The position numbers and the translations under genes were made by a program. Shown here piece by piece: positions 1 through 13,800 of a DNA stretch of 64,000 bases; the first letter of the stretch is position 1; each line of letters begins with the position of its first letter. Origin of the DNA: Raja brachyura (taxonomy: Eukaryota); NCBI GenBank assembly GCA_963514005.1, contig OY740823.1:620001-684000 (forward strand), written 5' to 3'. The notes under the pieces were generated by a model. That model saw nothing but the letters and a program-made list of their open reading frames with translations, was not told the origin of the DNA and did not search any database.

Positions 1-739
1 CATCACAAAGGAAAAGGAAGTTACGTGAATATGGCCCAGTTGATGAAAAAATAAATCCGTTGGTTAAAATTGATATCCATTTGAGTATCTGCATTTCATA
101 TTTCGCTTGCGCAGCTTGCAACCCAGTGGTATGAATATTGATTTAGCTAACTCAAAGAAACCCTTGCACTCCCTCTCTCTCCATCCCTCCCCACTCAAGT
201 TGCACAAGGTTCCCGTTCTCACCAAACAAGCAGCTAACAATGGCCTGTTCCCTTTAACATTGTATCATTTTTAAATATCTTTCATTCATTTGACCAATAT
301 CTCTCTACATCATCTATATCATTGTCTATATCTCTCGTTTCCCTTTCCACTAACTAGTCTGAAGAAGGGTCTCGACTCGAAACGTCACCAATTCCTTCTC
401 TCCAGACACGCGGCCAATCCCACTGAGTTATTCAAACATTTTCTGTCAATCATCGGTTTAAACCAGCATATGCAGTTCCTTTCTACCCATTGATTATACG
501 GCGGCTCTTGGAAGAATGTGCACATCTTCCGTCCTTGTGGTCTTTGATTAGATTATAGTCAGTGCATTAAATGTTATTTTCAATGTCATATATCATGGTT
601 TGACCACACAAAAATTACCGGACACGAATAGAATACACAGATTGTGGTGGATGAAGCAAGTGCCATACAGCCCGGTCGGCACAACTTACCCCTGTCTACA
701 GTGTCTACAAGCTATCCTATTTCGACTTGCTTCCATTTC

Positions 740-2200
740 CCCCTAGACCCATCTACCTGCTCTCAGACCATACCCCTCCATTCCCTTCCCGTCCATATCC
801 CTATCCACTTTGCCTTTAAATGTTAAAATCGATCCTGCCTCCACCATTTCTGCTGGAAGCTCATTCCACACAGCCACCACTCACTGAGCAAAGAAGATCC
901 CCCTCATGTTACCCCTAAACTTCTGTCCCTTAATTCTCATGTCATGCCCTCTTGTTTGAATCTTCCCTCCCTTCAATGGGAAAAGCTTATCGACGTCAAC
1001 TCTGTCTATCCCTTTCATCATTTTAAAGACCTCAATCAAGTCCCCCCTTAAAAGTCTGTGCTCCAAAGAATAAAGACATAACTTGTTCAACCTTTCTCTG
1101 TAACTAAGTTGCTGGAACCCAGGCAACATTCTAGTAAATCTCCTCTGTACTCTCTCTATTTTGTTGACATCCTTCCTATAATTAGGCGACCAAAATTGTA
1201 CACCATACTCCAGAATTGGTCTCACCAATGCCTTGTACAATTTTAACATCACTTCCCTACTCCTATATTCAATGCTCTGATTTATAAAGGCCAGCACACC
1301 AAACGCTTTCTTTCCCATCCTATCTGCATGCGATTCCACCTTCAGGGAACTATGTACAGTTGTTCCTAGATCCCTATGTTCCACAGCACTCCTCACTTAC
1401 CTACCATTTACCATGTACGTCCTATTTTGATTTGGCTTGCCAAGATGTAGCACCTCACACTTATCAGCATTAAACTCCATCTGCCATCTTTCAGCCCACT
1501 CTTCCAAATGGCCCAAATCTCTCTGTAGACGTTGAAAATGTACTGCATTATCCGTAACACGATATTAGTATCATCTGCATACTTACTTATCCAATTTTCC
1601 ACCCCATCATCCAGATCATTAATGTACATGACAAACAACAGTGGACCCAACACAGATCCCTGAGGCACCCCACTGGTCACCGGCTTCCAACCTGACAGAC
1701 AACCATCCACCATTACTCTCTGACATCTCCCATTCAGCCACTGTTGAATCCATCTTGCTACTCCGCCATTAACACCCAAAGATTGAACCTTCATAACCAA
1801 CCTTCCATGGGGAAACTTGTCAAAGACCTTACGGAAATCCATATAGACTACATCCACTGCTTTACCCTCATCAATTTCCCTAGTAAACTCTTCAAAAAAT
1901 TCAGGAAGGTTTGTCAAACGTGACCTTCCAGGCACAAATCCATGTTGACTGTTCCTGATCAAACCCTTTTTTTCCAGATGCTTATATATATTACCTCTAA
2001 GTATCCTTTCCATTAATTTGCCCACCACTGACGTCAAACTAACAGGTCTATAATTGGTAGGTTTATTGTTTGAGCCTTTTTTAAACAATGGAACAACATG
2101 CGCAGTACGCCAATCCTCCGGCACTATTCCCGTTTCTCATGACATTTGAAATATTTTTGTCATAGTCGCTGCTATTTCTGCACTAACTTCCCTCAACGGA
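740..2200 (-). mobile_element. CR1 RT fragment, copy A-specific
   Basis: ORFs 881-1396 and 1408-2124 closely match the 964-aa ORF2. Absent at the paralogous site ~45000-45150. Confidence 0.88.
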
Positions 2201-2386
2201 AGTGAGGGAAGTTACGGAACATTTTGTTAACTATGTACTTGCGCTCCTTTGCTCTGAGACATTGCCCAGCGCCCTGCCTTTTACTATGTGGGTCTTGCCC
2301 TCGTTTGATTTACCAAAATGCACCACCTCGCATTTATCTGCATCATTAACGATTAATCGGCCCAACTGGTCAAGTTTCTGCTGTAG

Positions 2387-3161
2387 TCTATATATTACTA
2401 AAACTATAATATTGTTTGTTATTCTGTGTGCGTGCCCAAGTGCGTGCCCAAGTGCTCCCGAAGCTACGCCAAAACGGAACACGATAGCGCTACGATTTGT
2501 GTACCACCGTACTCACAATTGTCTTGTGGTGTGTTTTCGTTCAGATTGATGATATATTTTACAAGTTATTCACATTTTTTACTTTACAAAATCCAGTTTG
2601 AGAAAGAATCACTTGAAATTTCTGCGGCAGTTGTAGTGACAGTTAGCAGGTATGACGTCACAATGGGATCTAATTTTCATAAACTGTCCGTAAGCAGTGA
2701 TCCAATCGACAATGACATCACAATGGGATCTAATTTATACTGCTGATTTGTGACATTGTTGCAAGGAGGGGAGGAGGATAAATGTTATTTCAACATTGAG
2801 TTTCGTGGCAGAGTGGGATAGGGGAGAGTTGAGGAGTGGGGGAGCAAGGCGATAGGAAAGGGGTTATGTAGGGTGATGTGCGGGTCTGAGGGTAGGCGAA
2901 AGAATGAAGTGGAGGTGAGGGAGGGAGTGGTGGAGCAGAGGAGGAGAGGGGAGAGAAGTGGGAGGGTGAAGAGGAGGGGAGGTAGTGTTGGCGTTTGAAG
3001 GAAAATGAGCCGTGACTGCGCAGTTTGGGACTATGGGTGAGTGGTGGAATATTGCGTTGGGGGACGGGTTGCGTTGGGGGAACGGGTGAGTGGTGGAAAT
3101 GGGTTGCTTTCGGGGGGACGGGTGATTGGTGGAATATTGCGTCGGGTCTCACTTGGTCTAG
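2387..3161 (+). mobile_element. Probable non-autonomous Helitron (5'-truncated paralog at 44381-45000, minus strand)
   Basis: Starts TCTATATATTACTAAAA and ends ..gggtctcacttggtCTAG|T. No TIR or TSD; G-rich interior. Confidence 0.6.
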
Positions 3162-3686
3162 TTGTTTATAAATATATTCGTTATCTATGACATAACCATG
3201 GTGTCCTGCTATCACCAAACATACTGATCATACCTCATATCTTCTCATCAGATGGAAAACACTGCTTAGATCACACTGGCATGTCATTGTGGCGTTTTGT
3301 TGGCAAGAGTACAGGATGGAGTTTCGATGATCCCAAGACTTGAGGGCCTGAGTTACAGGCAAACGTTGTGCATGTTAGGTCTCTATTTTTCGGAGCGCAG
3401 CGGATTAAGACTGATTTTATGGAGATATATAAAATCGCGAGATAAAAATATAGTGTGAATTAACTGAACTTTGTGACCAGAGTAGCGGAATCAAGAATCA
3501 GGGGAATATGTTTTAGATCGAAATAGCAAGATTTAGATTTAGAACCCGAGGAGCAGCATATTATTTCTCACAGTGTCCTGACTTTGGACACTTGGAAATT
3601 TCTGGTACACATAACGAGTGGAAAATGTCCTTGAGGTTATAACAGTTTTACCCCGTTGAACAGGTCAAGCCTTTGCGACTCAGGTC

Positions 3687-4236
3687 ATAGAAACATAGAA
3701 ATATAGAAACATGGAAACATAGAAAATAGGTGCAGGGGGAGGCCATTCGGCCCTTCGAGCCAGCACTGCCATTCATTATGAACATGGCTGATCGTCCGCT
3801 ATCAATAACCCGTGCCTGCCTTCTCCCCATATCCCTTGACTCCACTAGCACCTAGAGCTCTGTCCAACTCTCTCTTAAATCCATCCAGTGATTTGGCCTC
3901 CACTGCCCTCTGTGGCAGGGAATTCCATAAATTCACAACTCTCTGGGAAATAAACGTTTTTTCTCGCCTCAGTCTTAAATTACCTCCCCTTTTTTCTGAG
4001 AATGTGGCCCGGGTTCCCCAACATTGGGAACAGTTTTCCTGCATCTAGCTTGTCCAGTCATTTTTTATAATGTTATATGTTTCTATAAGATCAACCCTCA
4101 TCCTTCTAAACTCCAGTGAATACAAGCCTAGTATTTTCAATCTTTCCTCATATGACAGTCCCGCTATCCTAGGGATCAATCTCGTGAACCTACGTTGCAC
4201 GGCCTCAATCACAAGGATGTCCTTCCTCAAATTAGG
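3687..4236 (-). mobile_element. CR1 3' fragment with (TTTCTATG)n tail, copy A-specific
   Basis: TSD aggtc (3682-6 / 4237-41). Empty site at ~43855. Confidence 0.9.
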
Positions 4237-4584
4237 AGGTCCTTCTATGACGCTAGAGAGCTGATGATATATTTCCAAAGTGATGTGGGACGCGAGAAGT
4301 GTAGGAGCTCCTCTCCCCTGCGTCCACATTCTCGGTCAATGTAGCCGGTAAAAGACGTTGCTTGCGGCCTTAGTAGGTAACAGGTTACATACAGTAAGAG
4401 GTTGTAAGAGTGGACATAAATGACTGCTGTCGGAGGCAGTGTCGGTGTTTGGCTGCTGGATATTGTGGCAGAGAACTGGACTGCTTGTCCTCGTTGTTTG
4501 GCGGTTGCCAGACACACGACACGCAGGAGACGAAAGGTTTCCATTTTTATCCCGCTAACATGACGATGACGTTGTGTTTCCTAG

Positions 4585-4845
4585 ATACCCCCCAGAACAC
4601 GGTGGTCGAGTGGAACTTCAAAGATGCCAACACGACTTACCTCCGTTGTTCCAGTGACGCCAACCCCAGTGTCACTAGATTCTCCTGGTTCAAGGTAACC
4701 CGTGACCTTGAGACTTATCTATGGCAGGCAAGTCAAATTATCACCGTGCATCTTGAGTCGGAAAAGGCAACTACATGCTTCTGCTGCACGGCGACAAACG
4801 CTGTTGGGAGCTCACATTCCGCTTTCGTGCGAGTCCCCAGTCAGC
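4585..4845 (+). CDS. Siglec-like copy A, third Ig (C2) domain exon (261 nt, open)
   Basis: tgtgtttcctag| ... CAG C|gtgagt. Same length and phase as 43254-43514; LRCSSDANPS..FSWFK..CTATNAVG. Confidence 0.88.
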
Positions 4846-6221
4846 GTGAGTATTTCTTCTGATCGGATGACCGAGCCTTCGGCTGCTTGGTATCTGAGCT
4901 AAGGACTTCCTCCGATAAATGTCTATTGCCGCGTTTGCTAAACATCTACCTATTTGACGCAGCCTATCAATCAATTCCTCACAGTGAGTGCTTTGGAAAA
5001 ACTGCCGCAAGTACAGAAGGAACCCAAACGTTCACTGGAGCCGTTTCCATTATTCCGCCAGATACTGGTTCTAATTTGAGATCCAACTACACACATTGGT
5101 CCATCTACCGCCCCCATTAACTGTCAATAAAACTCAAACCAACCGCATCGATTCGTAACAATACTTAGACACAGGGGATATCATTAGGACCCTTTAGTTT
5201 ACAATGTCATACCCATGAATGCGCAGAACCTATATTCCTTACTCGTTCCGCAGATAGACACTACATGCAAAAGTAAATCAACGGGTCAGGGAACATCTAT
5301 GGAGAAGAGGTATGGGTCATAGACCAGGATAGTCATAGAACAATACAGCACAGATACACGCCCTTTGACGCACCACACCAAATATCAAACCTCGAATTGT
5401 ACACTGATCATTGCTCAATTCATTTTATTCCACATTCCCATCAACGCGTAGGTTTCCACTCGATGTTGAATGAGTAGCAGGATCTGCGCCATTGATCAAA
5501 ATGGAAGCTAATTAAATTGGAATTCGCGTACATGGGTAATTGATGATCGACATGCGTTTGCTCGGCCCAATGGCCTGGTTCATTGTTCCATATCCCCATC
5601 GTACAACTATGGCCAGATTACATCATTCATCTATGCATCGGAGACCACTTACATGGGCCAATTGACCTATAAAACAACATGTTTATTGGTTGGTGTAACT
5701 TAACAGATTCGGCAGTATATTTAGAGGAAGGATAACCGAAGTTTCGGGTCGGGACACATCTTCAACGATTGTAGTGAGTATATGGGAGAGAAATCTGGAA
5801 ACGAGGCGGGGCAGAACGAGTCAAATTGATGCTGCCGCATACATGCTGCAAGAACAAATCCTTCTTAGCCAATTCAGATTGATTATAGTACGGTGGAGAA
5901 ATCTGGAAGATAGTTGAAGGGGAGGGAGGAGATCACATTGATTGGTCAGCATCTACAGTCACTTTCAGTAGGATTCGGAACTGGTTTGTCTCCTTCTCCC
6001 GCATTATCAGTTTCCAAAGCGCCACATATTCTGCGACATTTGCAAACGTACACACTTACTTACCTACACTTACGTCCAAGGACATACATGTTATTTTTTT
6101 ACTGGAACGCCGAAGTCTCCGGACCCGAAACATATGTTCTCTCGTCTTTGACATTTCCTCTTTGCGAAAAATGACTTTAACTTCACACGATGGATGCCTC
6201 TCACAGTTTTCTAGATCAATC

Positions 6222-8400
6222 ACCATGCGAGGGAAGACACAGGGACTGACGAGGTAGGGTCACTGTGGACTGAGTTGAGGAATTGTAAAGGCAAGAAGAC
6301 ACTAATTGGTGTTATTTGCAGACCCCCAAATAGTAGCCCGTGTGCAGCGTGTAAGTTGCAGCAAGAGTAAAAACTGGCATGTGACAAAACTAATGTCCCT
6401 GTGGTGATGGAGGATTTCAATATGCAGGTAGATTGGGAAAATGAGGTTGGTTCAGGACCGCAAGAAAGGCAGTTTGTCGAATGCCTCAATGGATTCTTAG
6501 AGCAGCTTGTAATTGAACCGACCAGAGAAAAGGCAATTCTGGATTTAGTGTAGCCCAATTAACCAGATATGATAAGAAAACTCGAGGTAAAATAACCGCT
6601 TTCAGGTAGTGATCATAATATGATTCGTTTTAAACTTCAATTTAAGAAGGAGAACGTTAAATCAGAAGTGGCAGTGATGCAGTTGAACAAAGGGGAATAT
6701 GATGGCATGAGAGGGGAGCTGGCCAAGGTGGACTGGAAAGGGATCCTAGCAGGAATGACGGTGGAACAGCAATGGCAGGACATTTCTGGGCATAATCAGG
6801 AAGTGCAGGGTCATTTCATTCCAAAAAGGAAGAAAGGTTTTAAGGGGAGTAGGAGGCAACCGTGGCTGACAAGAGAAGTTAGGGATCGAATAAAACTAAA
6901 AGAAAAGATCTATAACACAGCAAACAGTAGCAGGAAGCCAGAGGGTTGGGAAATGTTCATGGGACAACAGAAGGAAACAAAACGGGCAATACGGGCTGAA
7001 AAGATGAACTAGGAGGGAAGCTGGCCAGGAATATAAAGAAGGACAGTAAAAGCGTATTAAGATATGTTAAGGGAAAAAGAGTAGCACAATGAAATGTGGG
7101 TCTCTTGAAGGCAGACACAGGTGAAATTATTATGGGGAACAAGGAAATGGCAGAAGAGTTGACTAGATACTTCGGATCTGTCTTCACTAAGGAAGACACT
7201 AACAATCTCCCAGATGTACTGGAGGACAGAATATCTAAGGGGGCAGAGGAACTGAAATAAATGTTCCTTATGCGAGAAATAGTATTGTGTAGGCTAATGG
7301 GACTGAAGAAAGATAAAACCTCTGGGCCTGATTGTCTGCATCCCAGAGTCCTCAGGGAGGTTGCTCTAGAAATAGTGGACGCATTGGTGATCATTTTCCA
7401 AAGTTCAATAGATTCAGGATCAGTTCCTGTGGATTGGAGGATAGCTAATGTTATCCCACATTTCAAGAAAGGAGCGAGAGAGAAAACGGGAATTACAGAC
7501 CAGTTGCCTGACTTCGCTGGTGGGAAAGATGCTGGAGTCAATTATTAAAGAGGTAATAATGAGGCATTTGGACAGTAGTAAAAGGATTAGTCCAAGTCAA
7601 CATGGATTTATTAAAGGGAAATCATCCTTGAATAATCTTCTGGAATTTTATAAGGATGTGAGAAGTAAAATTGTTGAAGCGGTGCCAGTGGATGTAGTGT
7701 GTCTAGACTTTCAGAAAGCCTTTGATAAGGTCGGGAAAATGGTGACTAAAATTAGAGCACATGGTATTGAGGGTAAGGTGTTGACTTGGATAGAAAATTG
7801 GTTGGCAGACCGGAAGCAAAGAGTAGGTGTGAACGGGTCCTTTTCAGAGTGGCAGGCAATGGCACGTGGAGTGCCGCAAGGCTCGATGTTGGGGCCGCAA
7901 CTGTTTACCATATATATTAATGATTTGGAAGAGGAAATTAGGAGCAACACTAGCACGTTTTTGGATGACACAAAGCTGGGTGGCAGTGTGAACTGTGAAG
8001 AGGATGTTAGGAGGTTGCAGGGTGACCTGGACAGGTTGAGTGTGTGGGCAGATGCTTGGCAGATGCAGTATAATATAGATAAACGTGAGGTTATCCACTT
8101 TGGCGGTAAAAACAAAGGGGCAGATTATTATCTCAATGGGGTTAGGTTAGGGAAGGGGAGGTGCAGCGAGACCTGGGCGTCCTTTTACATCGGTCACTGA
8201 AAGTTGACGTGCAGGTACTGCAAGCAGTGAAGAAAGTTAATCGAATGTTGGCCTTCATAACAGGAGGATTTCAGTGTAGGATTAAAGACGTTCTTCTGCA
8301 GATATATAGGACTCTGTTGAGACCACATCTGGAGTATTGTGTACAGATTTGGTCTCCTAATTTGAGGTAGGAAATCCTTGTGATTGAGGCAGTACAGCGT
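6222..8400 (+). mobile_element. Old CR1 ORF2 (EN-RT) relic in the copy A intron
   Basis: Fragmented ORFs with SDHNMI, QHGF, QGSMLGP and DDTK. Paralogs at 38410-41220 and 31015-32184. Confidence 0.88.
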
Positions 8401-8477
8401 TCTATGTATCTCCGAATGGACATTTGCGTTAATGGAGAACGATTGCATAAACTATTTTTTTCCCCAAGACCTTGCAG

Positions 8478-8710
8478 ATGAAGCGGCCGATCTGTCCTGG
8501 GCGCGAGGCACGACGTGTCCCACCAACGTGACCTGCCGCGGCATTGTGCAGGACATGGCCGGGGACATCCGGGCAGATTACGTTCGCGTCGGTTTGCTGG
8601 TGATCATCACACTGATGGCCGGCGAGTTAACCTGACGATGGAGACTGTGAACCTCTCGGCATCCAACCATCAGGAGCTGGAGGTCCCAATGGTCGATGGG
8701 ATGGGAGACG
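8478..8710 (+). pseudogene. Copy A, disrupted fourth Ig-like exon
   Basis: Splice sites are intact, but relative to copy B it has a 57-nt deletion, a 1-nt frameshift (TGA at 8633-8635) and a 9-nt deletion (300-67=233 nt). Confidence 0.85.
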
Positions 8711-10381
8711 GTAAGAACTGATTGTAAAGATGAACGCGGCGGAATTGGAAGAGGTTGTGGTTGGCGCGAGGAGAATATGTCTAAATGAAGTAGCCTCTTG
8801 CTGTTGCACACAACACACGTAAACCTCGCGCAGCGAGCAAAGCTTCCGCCTTGCGGCTCGACAGACCTGGGTTAGATCCGACATCCGCCGTTGTCTGTGT
8901 GGAGTTTTCGAGTTCTCCGTGTGACTGGGTGGGAGATGGAATACATCACAGCAAAGTGCGCGGTCATGCACTTTCCGAGTGGGAGTAAAGGAGTAGACTA
9001 TTTTCTAAATGAGGAACAGATTCAGTAAAGGGACTTGGGAGAGCTGGTGCAGGATCTCCAAATTGTTAATTTGCAAAACAAATCCGTTGTTAATAAGGGA
9101 ATGCAATGTGTCTCATCTATTTTGAGAGGACTATATATTTTTTCTCAAATTGGTACGTATGCTGAGCCTTTGGGCCGCACATCTGAGGGGAGATGCACGC
9201 GTTCCATAGACGGTTTACGAGAATGATGTTGAGGATGATTGGTGCAAAGTGTGACGAGCGTTCGAAAGCCCTGGGCTTCTATTCGCCTTATATTAGGTCG
9301 AGGTGGGGGGGGGGGGGGGTAATTGAAACTTGCCACATAATGAAAGGCATGAATACAGTGGATATGGGAAAGATGCAGTACAGAAGAGCATGGCCGAAAG
9401 ATAAAATTACGTGACTTGTTAAAGGAGATGAGGACATGTTTATTTAATCAGAAGATGGTGAATCGGAGGAATCTATTGCTGCAAACGGCTGTGGAGGCTG
9501 TCTTTGGGTATTTAAGAAGCGGATGTTGATAGATCCTTGAGTACCAAAAGTGTCAAAGGTTATGGGGAGAAGGCAGGACATTTGGTTTGAGATGGAAAGA
9601 CAGATTAGCCATTATTGAATGACGGGGTAGACTCGTTGGGCCAATTTTGCTTCCATGGCTTAAGAATCAAGAAGGTGTCGATGGTGACGATGTTGATATG
9701 TGTGATGAAATGCGCCACATCCATATCTCCCTGTAGTTTCTTGCTGTCGTGGACGGAATAGTTGGCAAATCAAGTTACGATGCAGCGCATATGATGTTTC
9801 TATAGTGCATATGTTGAAGCTGGTAAGAGACAGAAATTGGCAAGAGCCTGTGATGGAGCAGGTTGGTTAGGATGAGAGACTGTTTCTTTAGATTAGAAGA
9901 GGCAAGTAGATAAATCATTCGGGGTATAGTTTGGGTTACGGTAGGAAATTTATCGATTAGATTTATCAGGGTGTTACCTGAATTTATGATCGTAGGGTTA
10001 TACGGATGAGTTGCATTGGGTGGGAATCATCTTGGGAGTGTGGGAAACAGAGGCGGGGGTCAAATGTAGCCTAGCCACTCAAGTCCTTGCCTTACTTGTA
10101 GTGGAGCACCCAAAAGAGAGAGGTTTTGGTGGTGTAGCGGTAGAGCTGCAGTCTTACGGGGCCATCAACCGGTTTTGATACGGGTACTCTCTGCATCTTC
10201 TCCTCGTTGCCTGTGGATGTTTTCTCTGGGGAACTCCAGTTTCCTCGCACACGCCAGATTAGCTTGGTTTATACATGTAAATGTCCCTAACATGTAGGAT
10301 AGTGTTAGTGTGCGGAGATCGTTCTTCATGGTCCAGCTCTCCTGCACCTTTTTGCCCTCCTGATTTCCTTCTTAACCCTGT

Positions 10382-10645
10382 AGGTACAGTGGCGCAGCGG
10401 TAGAGTTGCGGCGAGACCCAGGTTGGATCCTGACCACGGGTGCAAATATGTACGGAATTCGTACGTTCTCCCTGGGACCTGCGTGGGTTTTTGTAAGGGT
10501 GCTCCGGTTTCCCCATCACTCCAAAGACGTAGGTTAATTAGCTTCGGTAAAAAGGTAGGATAGTGTTTGTGTACGGGGTGATCGCTGGTCAACGCGGACT
10601 CGGTTTGTCGAAGGGCCTGTTTCCACGCTGTTTCTCTAAACTAAA
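10382..10645 (+). mobile_element. tRNA-derived SINE (HE1-like); others at ~10128-10330, 16760-16957(-), 35995-36190, 48170-48370(-), 51790-51960(-), 61170-61380
   Basis: gtggcgcagcggtagag..ggttggatcc head, gaagggcctgtttcc tail, (ACTAA)n end. Confidence 0.75.
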
Positions 10646-13399
10646 CGAACTATGCACCTCAGTCCTCGAAATTCCACCCAGCCGCCGTCACTGATACCAT
10701 ACAATGATACAATGATATGATACAATTTATTTGTTGTCATTTGAGCCTCATTGAAGTTCAAACGAAATGTTGTTTCTGCAGTCATACAAACAATAAAAAG
10801 AAAAAAAGAGCCAAGACGCAACACAATTTACACAAACATCCATCACAGCGAATGGCCTCCTCACTGTGATGGAGGGCGAAGTCTTATCTCCGACCCACGG
10901 CAGCTTAGTTTTCCTGAGAAGATATTCAATTTCTCTCGTCCTCCAAGCTTCCACACTCCCACCTACCTTGACCTTCATTCCAACAGGAATATACATGCCA
11001 TAAAATTCTTGACATCACACTATAAAAAGCATCACACGACCCGGACGTTCCATTGATCGCAAACAACCCACTCGAGTAAATTTTAACAAGTTTCTGTTGA
11101 ATATCATAAAATATGCCGTTGCCAAATTTCGCAATTTTATCTTGTGGACACGTTAAATAACGTCATTCCTATGTGTTCTAAAGCTGATTGAAGAGCAGTC
11201 AAGCGCAGTCAAGCGTATTATGATAATCCCTGTCCATATTGGAAAATTCGAAATTCCCAACAATGACAATCCTATTATCTCTGCAAATGCCTGCTACCTC
11301 CTGGGATATGGGTTCTTGTAATCCCCGTTGACTATTTGGGGACTTTAATACACCTGCAACAAGGTGATAATTCCCTAATCTGTTTCTAATTCCACCCTTA
11401 CAGTAGCGCCGGAGGGAGCATTAATATTGTCACATCGGACTACTGCCGTGACATACTCATAGACATAAAAACATATATCAGAATTGGAGTCAGAATCAGA
11501 ATCACACATTATTCGCCAAGTATGTTTTGCAACATACAGGAAATATAGATTTCCCGCGTGCAAATAGGACCTTCGACCCAATTTGCCCACCGCTGCCAAC
11601 ATGTCCCATCTACACTAATCCCACATGCTTACGGTTGGCCCATATCCCTCTAAACCTGTCCTATCCATGTACCTGTCTAATTGTTTCTTCAAATTGGCAA
11701 TAGTCCCTGCCTCAACTCCTTTCTCTGGCAGCTCGTTCCATATAGCTACCAACCTTCGTGCGAAAAAGTTACTGACTTTTCTATTTCGGAATCCTATTAA
11801 TTCATTCCCTCTTCACTTTAAATCTAGATCCTCTGGTTCTCGATTCCCGTACACTGGGCAATATATCTACTCGATCTATTCCTCTCAAGATTTCATACGC
11901 ATTTATTAGATCGCTTTTCGTCCTCATGCTCTCAAAGTAATGAGTCACAGCCTGCTTAACCTGTCCCTGTACTCAGATCATCGAGTACTGCCAACATCCG
12001 CGTAAACCCTCTGCGTACCATTTCCAAGTTGACAACATATTTGCTGTAGCATTGTGCACAGAACGGAACACAATACTCTGAATCCGGTCTCCCAACATCT
12101 TAGCAAACTGCTACACGATTTCCAAAGTTATATACTCAATGCTATGCCTAACGTAGGCCTAAGTTCCGAAACCCCTTTTGTCCACCTATCGTCCGGCGAC
12201 GTTACCTTAATGGAACTATGTACCTGCACTCCAAGATGTAAAGCAACGCTCCTTCCACTTCCCCTCTTCATCTATATCTCCATAAGTACCACTATAGGTG
12301 GAGCATTACGCTGCCAGTCTTGGTCTTCCCGTAAACATGTTTTCGTAATGGCTGCCACATCCCAGTCACCCGTGCCTATCCACGTGCCCTGTTTGTCCGC
12401 CTTCCCCGTCAGATCCTTCGAACTAAAATGTATCCAACTCAATCCACCAGTCTTTCCCCGCCATTTGCCGAACTCCTGTCTGTGGTGTCCACTTAAATTT
12501 CACTCATTATCATATAGCCGACCTGCAGCCTCTCACCTGCAACTGTCCTGCATTGCATCCGGAACCCTGGCCATCTACCTTAAACGCACCGATGTAGCAT
12601 TAGTTAGCCTATTTATCATGGTTTTGGTTCAGGTGCAACTCCTCACTTGTAGAAATAACATCCCAGAAATCAATATAAATATCATGTATATTAATGATTT
12701 GGACGATGGGATTGAAGGGTTTGTGGCCAAGTTCTCGGATGATACTAAAATTAATGGAAGGGCAGGTCGGGTAGAGAAAGCAGGGACTCTGCAGAAGTAC
12801 CTGGACAAGTCGGAAGAGTTGGCAACGAAGTGGCAGATAGAATATTGTGTAGCAAAGTGTGGAGATTAGCATCTTGGTGGAAGGAAAAAGTGCGTTGACT
12901 TTTTTTCTTAATGAGGGAGAAACCAGAAATCTGAGGTGCAAAGGAATTTGGGAGTGCAGGTGTAGGATTCCCAAAAAGTTTAAACGGCACTGAACAAAGC
13001 AAACTCAATGCTAAAAAGTATTTCAATAGGGCTTGTATACAAAAATTGGTTTGTAATGCCGATGCCCTGTAAGGCGCTGGGAAGGCCGCATTTGGAATAT
13101 TCTGAGCAATTTTGGGCACAATATCTGAGGAAGGACGTGCTGGCTGCGGAGAGGGCCCTGGTGACGTTTACAATAATGATCCCAGTAGGTTAACCTAGGA
13201 TGAGCGTTTGTCGGCACTGGGCCTGTACTTGCTGGAGAGCTGATTAGTACAGATGTCAGAGGGCAGGCAGGTGAATGGGGCGCGGAGAGAAAGATAAATC
13301 AGCCATGATTGAATGGCGTAGTATAGGCCGAAAGGCCCAATTCTACTATATTACTTATGACATTATGGCAATATGAGAAGTAATTCTAATTGACACAAA

Positions 13400-13800
13400 T
13401 CCCGAATCCCAGCCATGTGCACCAATTTCTCAGCCATGCATTCATCTTTCAGATATTTCTGTTCCCACCCACACAAACACATAGCACTGCGAGTAATCCG
13501 ATATTTACCCTGTATGTCTTGCTTTTGTCTAACTCCCGATACGCATTTCGCAGCACCTCATCACTTTTCCTTTCCAGGTCGTGTGTGCTAGCTTGGGCAA
13601 ATAATCCTGTTTGCCCATCTACTCCCTTGAGAAAGATACGTAGCCGTACTGAGACATCCGGAATCCTGGCCACACGCAGGCAACTTATCTGGAGTATGAA
13701 TTGCCTCCATAGACAATAGGGAGCCTCCTGTTCGCCCCCCATAACTAACGAGTCTCCAGCCACGAAGACTTCCCGCGTGACACACGCTTCCCCACTTCGC
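13400..13800 (-). mobile_element. CR1 ORF1 (SGNH esterase-like) relic; paralog at 63487-63700
   Basis: GDSLV..CL.VARIPDVS..THDL.RK.DEVL..YREL pattern typical of CR1 ORF1. Confidence 0.7.

Larger units (their letters stand above)
1..8997 (+). repeat. Segmental duplicate (copy A) inverted relative to 45857-37737 (copy B)
   Basis: 1-177 differs from the reverse complement of the 45857 region at about 8 positions. Colinearity continues through both exons and the intronic CR1. Confidence 0.95.

Noticed and set aside
2790-3218. Pro/Ser-rich 142-aa ORF
   Set aside because: Low-complexity interior of the Helitron-like repeat.
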